This document shows positions 37,345 to 45,196 of a DNA stretch of 45,196 nt, piece by piece. Under the pieces are notes generated by a model. It saw only the letters and a list, made by a program, of their open reading frames with translations. It did not search any database and was not told where the DNA came from. Location of the stretch: positions 1 to 45,196 of the forward strand of contig CAXTLE010000001.1 in the NCBI GenBank assembly GCA_964244855.1. The letters run 5' to 3'. Each line of letters opens with the position of its first letter. Position 1 is the first letter of the stretch. A program made the position numbers and the translations under genes. This DNA comes from an uncultured Aestuariivirga sp. Lineage in GTDB: Bacteria; Pseudomonadota; Alphaproteobacteria; Rhizobiales; Aestuariivirgaceae.

Positions 37345-38664
37345 ATGGCAGACACAACAAGTTGGGGCAATGGTTCCGACAGCATCCTGTTCACCAACGT
37401 GCGCGTGCTCGACGGTACGGGTGAGTATCCCTACACCGGCGAAGTGCTGGTGCAGGGCAATCGCATCAAGAGCATCACCAAGGGTTCGTCGCGGTTTTCA
37501 ACTGGATCTTCTTCGGGTGGGCAGACTGTCATTGACGGAGCAGGAGCCACTTTAATGCCCGGCATGATCGATGCGCATTTGCATCTGTCATGGAACAATG
37601 CGCCGGGCATTGACCCTATCCAGCGCATGCCACCGGAAGAACATATGTTGTGGACAGCGCAAATGGCCAAGCTTGTGATCGATGCAGGCTTTACCGCAGG
37701 GCGCGGTGCTGCTGCAGCGAAGATGCGGCTTGATGTTGTGGTGCGTGATGCCATCAATTCCGGCATGATTCCGGGGCCACGCTATCTCGCTGCTGGCCCT
37801 GAGATTACGACCGTGGGCGGCTTGGGTGATTCATCGCCGCCCCACATACCACATGAAGGCCTCAATCTCGGCATTGTGGTGTCCGGTCCTGAAGAGGTGC
37901 GCCGTACCGTCCGTATGCTGATTAAATATGGCGTGGACTCAATCAAGCTCAATCTATCGGGTGAATCCATCACCGGCATGGGTGCCGAAGAAACACCGAT
38001 GTCAGAAGAAGAGGTGGCCATGGCTTGCAGTGAAGCACGCTGCCGCAACAAGGTGATTGCCGCCCATGCGCGCTCTTCAGAGTCTGTGAAACAATGTATC
38101 CGGCACGGCATTCAAAATATATTCCATGCATCATATGCAGATGAAGAAGCCTTGGACATGTTGGAAGCCGCGAAGGACAAGCACTTTGTCGCCCCGGGAT
38201 TGGCGTGGCTTATTCAAACTGCGCGTGGCGCTGAGAAGTGGGGCATCAAACCCGGCTCTCCTTTGTCTCTGGAATATGAGCGCGAACTTGAAGCAGCCGT
38301 CGAAACCGCGCGAAAAATGCACAAGCGCGGCATACGTGTCTGCATCGGAGGAGACTATGGTTTTGCCTGGACGCCGCAGGGCACCAACGCCAAGGACTTT
38401 GAATATTTCGTCGATATGGTGGGCATGTCGCCGATGGAAGCGATCATGGCGGGCACCAAGTTTGGTGGCCAGATCATGGGCATGGGTGATGAACTCGGCA
38501 TGTTGAAGCAAGGCTGGCTTGCTGACATGATTTTGATTGATGGCGATCCGATTTCGAACATCCGGGTGCTGCAGGACAAGTCGCGCATTCTCGCCATCAT
38601 GAAGGACGGCAAGTTCCATAAGGAACCACGCATGAATGCCCAGAGCCGCAGACTGAGCGCATGA
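37345..38664 (+). CDS. Binuclear metal-dependent amidohydrolase (Xaa-Pro dipeptidase/prolidase-like subgroup)
   Basis: PGMIDAHLH, IKL, AAHAR, IFHA, GGDYG, ADMILIDGDP. Confidence 0.9.
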   Translation: MADTTSWGNGSDSILFTNVRVLDGTGEYPYTGEVLVQGNRIKSITKGSSRFSTGSSSGGQTVIDGAGATLMPGMIDAHLHLSWNNAPGIDPIQRMPPEEHMLWTAQMAKLVIDAGFTAGRGAAAAKMRLDVVVRDAINSGMIPGPRYLAAGPEITTVGGLGDSSPPHIPHEGLNLGIVVSGPEEVRRTVRMLIKYGVDSIKLNLSGESITGMGAEETPMSEEEVAMACSEARCRNKVIAAHARSSESVKQCIRHGIQNIFHASYADEEALDMLEAAKDKHFVAPGLAWLIQTARGAEKWGIKPGSPLSLEYERELEAAVETARKMHKRGIRVCIGGDYGFAWTPQGTNAKDFEYFVDMVGMSPMEAIMAGTKFGGQIMGMGDELGMLKQGWLADMILIDGDPISNIRVLQDKSRILAIMKDGKFHKEPRMNAQSRRLSA

Positions 38665-39695
38665 GCATCCGAGATGCCAGCACAGATATCGGCATGACCA
38701 GCCGCCAAGCATGGGGGCTGTTCAGCCTTTTGCTTGCTGCTGCGCTGTTATGGCTATTTCTGGCGGTGTGGCCTGAAGGTTTGGTGAGTTGGGTGGGGCC
38801 GAAGAAGACCTTCGTCAATGCCGTGTTCAATGGCGTGACTGTGGCGGGACTTTATTTTCTCGTGGCCAGCGGATTCACATTGGTTTTCGGCTTGATGCGA
38901 AATGTGAATCTTGCGCATGGGTCGTTGTACCTGCTCGGTGCTTATATTGGTTATTCGGTTGCAAACTGGACGGGTTATTGGTTGCTCGGTATCGCAGGCG
39001 GCATGTTGTCAATGGCAATTGCCGGTGTCTTGCTGCAATATTTTGTCTTCCGCAAACTGGAAGGTGATGACCTGCGCCAAACATTGGTGACCATCGGTAT
39101 TTCCATTGTGGCTGCTGACTTGATGTTGGCGATATGGGGCGGCAACACCTATCAATTCTCGGTTCCGGAGTGGCTCGACGGAGCAGTGACAATGCCCATT
39201 ATCACCGCCATCAAATCCAACGGCGATACGGTCTACATGAAGTATCCGTTCTATCGGTTAATGGTGTTGGTTACGGCCATCGTCATCGGCATCGCGCTGT
39301 GGCTGACGCTGAACCGCACCAAGATCGGAATGATGATCCGCGCAGGCGTTGACGACCGTGCCATGCTGTCTGCCTCCGGTGTGAATGTGCAGCTGATTTT
39401 CGCGGCGGTGTTTGCGATTGGAGCAGGCCTTGCCGGATTTGCGGGCGTGGTTGGTGGATCAGTATTGTCGGTCGCACCGGGCGAGGATGTGCGTTATCTC
39501 CTGGCATCACTCGTTGTTGTCATCGTTGGTGGCATGGGATCGGTTTCAGGTGCTGCCGTTGGCGCATTGCTCGTCGGTCTCGCCGAACAAATCGGACTCG
39601 TTTATTTCCCCACCTATGGCGTGGTGCTGACCTTCGTCATCATGGTCGTCGTATTGGCTATTCGTCCCCAAGGTTTGATGGGGGCGGCGCGATGA
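38661..39695 (+). CDS. HAAT-family ABC transporter permease (LivH-like)
   Basis: SGFTLVFGLMRNVNLAHG, VVVIVGGMGS, IRPQGL. Confidence 0.9.
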   Translation: MSIRDASTDIGMTSRQAWGLFSLLLAAALLWLFLAVWPEGLVSWVGPKKTFVNAVFNGVTVAGLYFLVASGFTLVFGLMRNVNLAHGSLYLLGAYIGYSVANWTGYWLLGIAGGMLSMAIAGVLLQYFVFRKLEGDDLRQTLVTIGISIVAADLMLAIWGGNTYQFSVPEWLDGAVTMPIITAIKSNGDTVYMKYPFYRLMVLVTAIVIGIALWLTLNRTKIGMMIRAGVDDRAMLSASGVNVQLIFAAVFAIGAGLAGFAGVVGGSVLSVAPGEDVRYLLASLVVVIVGGMGSVSGAAVGALLVGLAEQIGLVYFPTYGVVLTFVIMVVVLAIRPQGLMGAAR

Positions 39696-40717
39696 GTAGC
39701 ACCGTCACCACTTACGTGCCGAATATATTCGAACGTTTTTTCCAGCAAATCGGCACAGGCACCTGGATCACCATTGCCGCACTGCTGGTCTATCCGCTGA
39801 TCGTTCCAGAATTCTTCGCCTTCCAGATCGGCGGACAGGTTCTCATTCTCGGCATGATCGGCCTTTCGCTTATGGTACTCGCAGGCTACGGCGGTATGGT
39901 TTCACTGGCGCAGCTGACTATCGCAGGCTTTGCCGGTTATGGCGTTGCGATATTTGGCGCCAATTCTGTTGGTGTCATGGGCTTTGGCTGGCCGTGGTGG
40001 ATTGCGGCACCCTTTGCCATTCTGGTCGCGGCCGTTGCGGCCTCGCTGATCGGGCTCATCTCCGTGCGAACCTCAGGCATCTACACCATCATGATCACAC
40101 TGGCGATTGCCACGGCCTTCTACTATTTCGCCAACCAGAACTACGTGCTGTTCAACGGCTTTGGCGGTTTCCGCGGCCTGCGACCGCCGACATTGTTTGG
40201 GATCTATTGGCGAGACGCATTGCCATTTTATTATCTGTGCCTCGCCATTGCGGGACTTGCCTATGGCCTCGTGCTTTATTGTGCGAAGTCTTCCTTCGGT
40301 CTGGCCCTGCAAGCGTCACGCGACAACCCGCGCCGCATGCGCGCCATTGGCTACAATGTCACTGCCATTAAGGTCTTCGCCTATTTTCTGTCAGGCCTCA
40401 TCGCTGGAACGGCGGGCGTGCTTTACGTCTGGTTCAACGGCCGCATTTCTCCTGGCACCGTCAGTGTGGCTGAATCGATTGGCATTCTTGTGATCGCCGT
40501 CATCGGCGGATTGCGCCACCCGATTGGCCCGTTTCTGGGTGCTGCTGTTTATGTTTTAATGAAAACCTTTGCCATTGATCTCATCGGTGCCGAGCGTTTC
40601 AACACGCTCATTGGCCTGGTGTTCCTGATCATCGTTTTTGTTTCACCGGATGGGATTTTGGGGTTGTGGCAGCGGCTGAAGCCGCACCTCGCCCCAACGT
40701 CTCTGCGACCGTCATGA
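39692..40717 (+). CDS. HAAT-family ABC transporter permease (LivM-like)
   Basis: GYGGMVSLAQ, RTSGIYTIMITLA, RDNPRRMRAIG, VIGGL, SPDGILG. Confidence 0.9.
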   Translation: MSSTVTTYVPNIFERFFQQIGTGTWITIAALLVYPLIVPEFFAFQIGGQVLILGMIGLSLMVLAGYGGMVSLAQLTIAGFAGYGVAIFGANSVGVMGFGWPWWIAAPFAILVAAVAASLIGLISVRTSGIYTIMITLAIATAFYYFANQNYVLFNGFGGFRGLRPPTLFGIYWRDALPFYYLCLAIAGLAYGLVLYCAKSSFGLALQASRDNPRRMRAIGYNVTAIKVFAYFLSGLIAGTAGVLYVWFNGRISPGTVSVAESIGILVIAVIGGLRHPIGPFLGAAVYVLMKTFAIDLIGAERFNTLIGLVFLIIVFVSPDGILGLWQRLKPHLAPTSLRPS

Positions 40718-40763
40718 TGGGGGTCGCCACTAAAATGCAAACTCAACCCTTGGGAGGAATATC

Positions 40764-42011
40764 ATGAAATTGCATCGTCGCGCCATTCTGGCGCTTACAC
40801 TCGCGACCGGACTGATTGCGCCAACACTGGCGTTCGCCGATGGCACCATCAAGATCGGCACACTCGCAACTCTTGAAGGCCCCTTCACGGTTTTGGGTCA
40901 AGACGGCATGCGTGGCGTTGAGCTTGCGATCAAGGAACACAACGGCATGGCCGGTGGCATGAAAATCGAGATCGTCAAAGGCTCGACTGACGCCTCACCA
41001 GACAGTGCCGTGAAAGCCGCACGCAAACTTGTGGAACAAGATGGCGTGCAACTTGTTGTCGGACCACTTTCCGGTGACGAAGGTTTGGCGGTCAAGGACT
41101 ATGCCAAGACAAAACCCAACATCACATTCGTCAACGGTACATCAGCTGCACAAGATCTTACTTTGCGTGATCCCGTCGCAAATTACTTCCGCTTCAACAC
41201 CGATGGTGCCCAGTGGATGGCGGGCTTGGGTGAATATGCTTTTACCACCAAGGGCTATAAAAAAGTCGCCGTTGTGGCGGAAGATTATTCCTTCCCCTAC
41301 AGCCAGGTCTTCGGCTTCATGGCGGGCTTCTGCAAGGCGGGCGGCCACGTGCCGTCAAAGTCCTGGGTGCCGATTGGCAACAAGGATTTCTCCTCCGTCA
41401 TCGCCGCTATTCCTGATGATGTCGACGCCGTCTACGTTGCCCTCGGCGGTGCGGATGCCGTCAACTTCCTCACGCAATATCAGCAAGCTGGCGGGGCTGC
41501 ACCTTTGATCGGCGGCACCATCACCGTTGACCAATCGGTGCTCGGCGCTGAGGGCAAGACCAAGGACTTCCTCGTCGGCACACCATCGGCTGGTCCCGTA
41601 TCGGATCAGGACAGTGGTGCGGCATGGCAGAAGTTTGTGGCTGACTACAAGGCTGCATTCGCCGATGGCTTCCCGTCACCATCACTGTTTGCGCACGGGT
41701 ACTACGTCAACACCAAGGCTTTGCTGAACGCCATTGATGCTGTGGGCGGCGATGTTTCGGGTGATCAGGCGAAGCTCCGTGAAGCGCTGTCAAAAATGTC
41801 CTTCGACACACCAACGGGCAAGGTCAGCCTTGACAAGAACCGCCAGGCCATTGCTGACAATTACTTGTCGGAAGTGACCAAGGGTGACGATGGCAAACTC
41901 TATAACAAGGTGATCTCCGTCACCTCCCAGGTCAACCAGACCATGGGTCAGGACGAGGCTGCCTTCCTCGCACTTGGCGTTGCCAATCGCGACAACCCCA
42001 GCTGCCCATAA
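40764..42011 (+). CDS. HAAT-family ABC transporter substrate-binding protein (LivJ/K-like)
   Basis: Signal peptide ending AFA. IKIG.L..LEGPF, VGPLSG, EDYSFP, TPTG. Confidence 0.9.
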   Translation: MKLHRRAILALTLATGLIAPTLAFADGTIKIGTLATLEGPFTVLGQDGMRGVELAIKEHNGMAGGMKIEIVKGSTDASPDSAVKAARKLVEQDGVQLVVGPLSGDEGLAVKDYAKTKPNITFVNGTSAAQDLTLRDPVANYFRFNTDGAQWMAGLGEYAFTTKGYKKVAVVAEDYSFPYSQVFGFMAGFCKAGGHVPSKSWVPIGNKDFSSVIAAIPDDVDAVYVALGGADAVNFLTQYQQAGGAAPLIGGTITVDQSVLGAEGKTKDFLVGTPSAGPVSDQDSGAAWQKFVADYKAAFADGFPSPSLFAHGYYVNTKALLNAIDAVGGDVSGDQAKLREALSKMSFDTPTGKVSLDKNRQAIADNYLSEVTKGDDGKLYNKVISVTSQVNQTMGQDEAAFLALGVANRDNPSCP

Positions 42012-42016
42012 CAAGC

Positions 42017-42802
42017 ATGGCCAACCAAACTGCCACGTCCAGACTGTCTTCAACCGGCGCTTACGCGTTGGAACTTGAAGGCGTGGGCCGGCAGTTTGGT
42101 GCGCTTGTGGCCATGGAGGGCATCTCCATGAAAGTTGTGGCTGGGGAACGCCGCGCCGTGCTGGGTTCCAATGGTGCAGGCAAGACCACGTTGTTCAACA
42201 CCATCACGGGAGACTTTTTACCGACTGCTGGAAATATCAAATTCTTCGGCGAAGATATTACAAACTTCCCCGTACATGAACGCATTCGCCGAGGCCTGCG
42301 CCGCACCTATCAAATCTCGCAATTGTTTGGCGGCCTTTCTGTGCGTGACAGCGTGTTCCTCGCCTGTCGCGGTGTGTCACGCGGGCGGTTCTCACTGCTG
42401 CGCCCTGCTGTTGATGACGCGACCATGGGCCAGGCAGATCGCATCATTCACGCCACGCATCTAGATCGTCTGAAAGACACTTTGATTTCCGCTTTGAGCC
42501 ACGGCGAACAGCGCCAACTTGAAATTGCTTTAGCTCTTGCAGGCGCACCACGTTTTATTTTGTTTGATGAGCCCGCGGCCGGATTATCGCCTGCCGAACG
42601 CAGCGGCCTCGTCGAAATCCTGAATTCACTGCCATCGCATATTGGCTACATCATCATCGAGCATGATCTCGATGTGGCGCTGAAAGTTTCGACCTATGTG
42701 ACGATGATGCACAATGGCCGCATGTTCAAGGAAGGCACACCTGAAGAGATCGAAAACGATCCCCAGGTACAGGCGATTTACCTTGGAGGTGGCCATGGTT
42801 GA
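42017..42802 (+). CDS. HAAT-family ABC transporter ATP-binding protein (LivG-like)
   Basis: GSNGAGKTT, RTYQ, LSHGEQRQLE, FDEPAAG, IEHD, YLG. Confidence 0.92.
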   Translation: MANQTATSRLSSTGAYALELEGVGRQFGALVAMEGISMKVVAGERRAVLGSNGAGKTTLFNTITGDFLPTAGNIKFFGEDITNFPVHERIRRGLRRTYQISQLFGGLSVRDSVFLACRGVSRGRFSLLRPAVDDATMGQADRIIHATHLDRLKDTLISALSHGEQRQLEIALALAGAPRFILFDEPAAGLSPAERSGLVEILNSLPSHIGYIIIEHDLDVALKVSTYVTMMHNGRMFKEGTPEEIENDPQVQAIYLGGGHG

Positions 42803-44990
42803 TAAGCCGATCCTCCAGATCAACGAGCTTCACGTCTACTACGGCGAGTCCCATGCGTTGCAAGGCGTTTCGCTTGCGTTGGAAAAAGGTATTCTCTCCG
42901 TTGTTGGTCGCAACGGCATGGGCAAGTCCACGCTTTGCAACGCCATCGTTGGTTTGCGCCGTGCCCGCGGTGGCAGCATCCGTTTTGATGGCCGTGAAAT
43001 TTCAGCATTGGTCCCGCACGAGATCAATCGCTTGGGCATTGGCTATGTGCCGCAGGGCCGTCGGGTTTGGCCAAGTCTGACGGTTGATGAAACATTGCAA
43101 CTTGGTCTGCATGGCGCGAAGGACGGTGGCGGCTGGACTCTCGAACGGGTCTACAGCGTGTTCCCGCGATTGGCTGAACGCAAAAACAATGGCGGCGCGC
43201 AATTGTCTGGCGGTGAACAGCAGATGCTGGCGATATCCCGCGCCCTGTTGTCCAATCCCAAACTGCTGGTGATGGATGAACCCACCGAAGGCCTGGCCCC
43301 TGTCATTGTGGATCAGGTGCGCGATCTGTTGATCCGCATTGCACGGGAGGAAAATGTTTCGATTCTTGTGATCGAACAGAATATCGGTGTGGCCACTTCG
43401 GTTTCTGATCAAGTTGCAATCATGGTCAATGGCCGCATCAACCGCGTGATGGTGTCATCAGCTCTTGCGGCGGATCGAGATTTGCAACAGCGCTTGCTCG
43501 GCGTTGGCCGCCATACGGATGAGGATGTGCTGCCGCCTCCGGAGTCCGGCGAAACCACACGAGAACGTGTTGCACAGGTTTATAAAATCGAAAGAGCAGG
43601 AACCGATGGTCCGCGTTCGGACTCTGGCGCTGAAACCTATGTCGCCAACCCGACGACGCCGAACCGTTGGGGTGTGTCATTGGGCAGTCCTGCAGCACCA
43701 CAGGTTCCAACTCAAACCGAAACTGAAAAAGTCTTCGCCATTCCCTTTGCCGAGCGCATTGGCCGCATAGCACTTGTCGTTGGCACCTATGACACCAAGG
43801 GCGAGGAGTTGCGCTTCATCCGCGACAAGCTGCGCGCCCTTGGCATTCCGGCAAAGACGGTTGATCTCTCAACCTCCGGCAAACCGTCGATGGCCGATGT
43901 CAGCCCCATGCAAGTTGCGTCGATGCATAGTGGTGGTGCAACTGCTGTGTTCGGCACTGATCGCGGTCAGTCCGTCTCCGCCATGGCTGAAGCCTTTGCC
44001 CGCTGGATCGAGCGGGAACGCGGCATTGGCGGAATCATTTCTGCAGGCGGCTCAGGCGGCACCACGCTCGCCACAGCAGGCATGCGGAAACTGCCCGTGG
44101 GCATTCCGAAGGTCATGGTCTCGACTGTCGCTTCAGGGGAAGTGGGTCACTATGTCGGGCCTTCTGACATCATGATGATGTATTCCGTGGCTGACGTGCA
44201 AGGCATCAACCCCATCAGTGAACAGGTGCTGTCGAACGCGGCACATGCGCTTGCGGGAATGATCGCAGGCATGCCGGATGCAGCAGCACGGGAAGCGAAA
44301 CGCAAGAATGCCAGACCTGCCGTGGGACTGACGATGTTCGGTGTGACCACGCCCTGCATTCAGGCGATACAGAAAAGACTTGAAACCGATTACGACTGCA
44401 TGATTTTCCATGCCACGGGCACGGGCGGTCGTTCGATGGAGAACCTCGTCGACTCCGGCCTCATCAATGCCCTGATGGATATCACCACGACGGAAGTTGC
44501 GGATATGCTGGTGGGTGGCGTGTTCGCGGCGGACGCAGATCGCTTTGGCTCCGCCATTCGCACCGGCATTCCCTATGTGGGGTCGGTGGGTGCACTCGAT
44601 ATGGTCAATTTCGGACCACGCGCAACCGTGCCCGAGAAATTCAAGTCACGCAAATTTGTCATCCACAATCCGAATGTCACGTTGATGCGCACCACGCGCG
44701 ATGAAAATCGCGCCATGGGCCAATGGATTGCCGAGCGTCTGAATCTGATGGAGGGGCCAGTTCGTTTTCTGTTGCCAGAAGGTGGCGTGTCACTGCTCGA
44801 TGCACCGGGCAAAGCCTTTCACGATCCGGAAGCCGACAACGCGCTTTTCGAAGCCATCGAAAAAACCTTGCGCCCCACCAGTCGTCGCAGTGTCAGTCGC
44901 GTGAAAGCCAATATCAATGATCCACTGTTTGTGGAGGCAGCGCTTGCAGCCTTCGCCAGTATCACACCCAAGATTTCGAGGAGAGTTTAA
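42795..44990 (+). CDS. Fusion of a LivF-like ABC ATPase with a Tm-1-like ATP-binding (UPF0261) domain
   Basis: N-terminal part: GRNGMGKS, YVPQGR, LSGGEQQM, MDEPTEGLAP, IEQN. Then a P/T/E-rich linker. C-terminal part: GTYDTK, GGSGGT, LPVGIPKVMVST, TMFGVTTPC, FHATGTGG, GALDMVNFG, HNPNVTLMRT. ATG 42795 follows GGAGG. Confidence 0.88.
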   Translation: MVDKPILQINELHVYYGESHALQGVSLALEKGILSVVGRNGMGKSTLCNAIVGLRRARGGSIRFDGREISALVPHEINRLGIGYVPQGRRVWPSLTVDETLQLGLHGAKDGGGWTLERVYSVFPRLAERKNNGGAQLSGGEQQMLAISRALLSNPKLLVMDEPTEGLAPVIVDQVRDLLIRIAREENVSILVIEQNIGVATSVSDQVAIMVNGRINRVMVSSALAADRDLQQRLLGVGRHTDEDVLPPPESGETTRERVAQVYKIERAGTDGPRSDSGAETYVANPTTPNRWGVSLGSPAAPQVPTQTETEKVFAIPFAERIGRIALVVGTYDTKGEELRFIRDKLRALGIPAKTVDLSTSGKPSMADVSPMQVASMHSGGATAVFGTDRGQSVSAMAEAFARWIERERGIGGIISAGGSGGTTLATAGMRKLPVGIPKVMVSTVASGEVGHYVGPSDIMMMYSVADVQGINPISEQVLSNAAHALAGMIAGMPDAAAREAKRKNARPAVGLTMFGVTTPCIQAIQKRLETDYDCMIFHATGTGGRSMENLVDSGLINALMDITTTEVADMLVGGVFAADADRFGSAIRTGIPYVGSVGALDMVNFGPRATVPEKFKSRKFVIHNPNVTLMRTTRDENRAMGQWIAERLNLMEGPVRFLLPEGGVSLLDAPGKAFHDPEADNALFEAIEKTLRPTSRRSVSRVKANINDPLFVEAALAAFASITPKISRRV

Positions 44991-45196
44991 GTGCCCCGTT
45001 TTGAACGATCAGCCTTGATGGAAAAATTCCAGGACATGAAACACCGCCGCACTCCCATTGTTGGCGGTGGTGCTGGAACGGGTCTTTCCGCGAAATGCGA
45101 AGAAGACGGCGGTATTGATTTGATCGTGATTTACAATTCAGGCCGCTATCGCATGGCCGGTCGCGGTTCACTTGCCGGACTACTGGCTTATGGCAA
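44991..45196 (+). CDS. PEP-hydrolase-like / TIM-barrel signal transduction family protein (Tm-1 C-terminal-like), truncated by window end
   Basis: Not in the ORF track. GTG 44991 follows GAGGAG and translates to [13 protein letters not shown]...[46 protein letters not shown], the characteristic N-terminus of this family. Confidence 0.88.
   Translation, partial: MPRFERSALMEKFQDMKHRRTPIVGGGAGTGLSAKCEEDGGIDLIVIYNSGRYRMAGRGSLAGLLAYG

Noticed and set aside
1-45196. CRISPR arrays, tRNA/rRNA, IS elements, prophage or anti-phage defence genes
   Set aside because: No repeat-spacer arrays, RNA-gene signatures, or transposase, integrase or nuclease motifs were seen. A defence role for the Tm-1-like genes is not supported by their metabolic context.

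Overview
Alphaproteobacterial-looking chromosomal window (taxonomy inferred from gene content and repeat style). It is densely coding, and I found no RNA genes, transposases, integrases or CRISPR arrays. From left to right: (1) urea ABC transporter urtABCDE, with urtA cut by the window edge and a ~123-bp long-inverted-repeat element between urtA and urtB; (2) a minus-strand run iolD - Gfo/Idh/MocA oxidoreductase - pyruvate carboxylase; (3) a D-2-hydroxyacid dehydrogenase; (4) a minus-strand operon ggt - amidase - HP0310/PgdA-like deacetylase; (5) a probable PcfJ-domain gene remnant; (6) an AGXT2L-type PLP enzyme abutting an APH-family kinase; (7) a xylose-isomerase-like enzyme with an Rbs/Als-type sugar ABC transporter and an RpiR regulator; (8) alpha-2-macroglobulin plus pbpC; (9) a FadR/GntR regulator with an in-frame, HTH-less FCD paralog, divergent from a long uncharacterised operon. 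That operon encodes an FAH hydrolase, an alpha/beta hydrolase, a metal amidohydrolase and a Liv-type ABC importer whose LivF-type ATPase is fused to a Tm-1-like/UPF0261 domain, followed by the Tm-1-associated TIM-barrel protein, which is cut by the window end. Region 34277-45196 is the best candidate for an undescribed system. All assignments come from motifs read by eye; no database searches were run.
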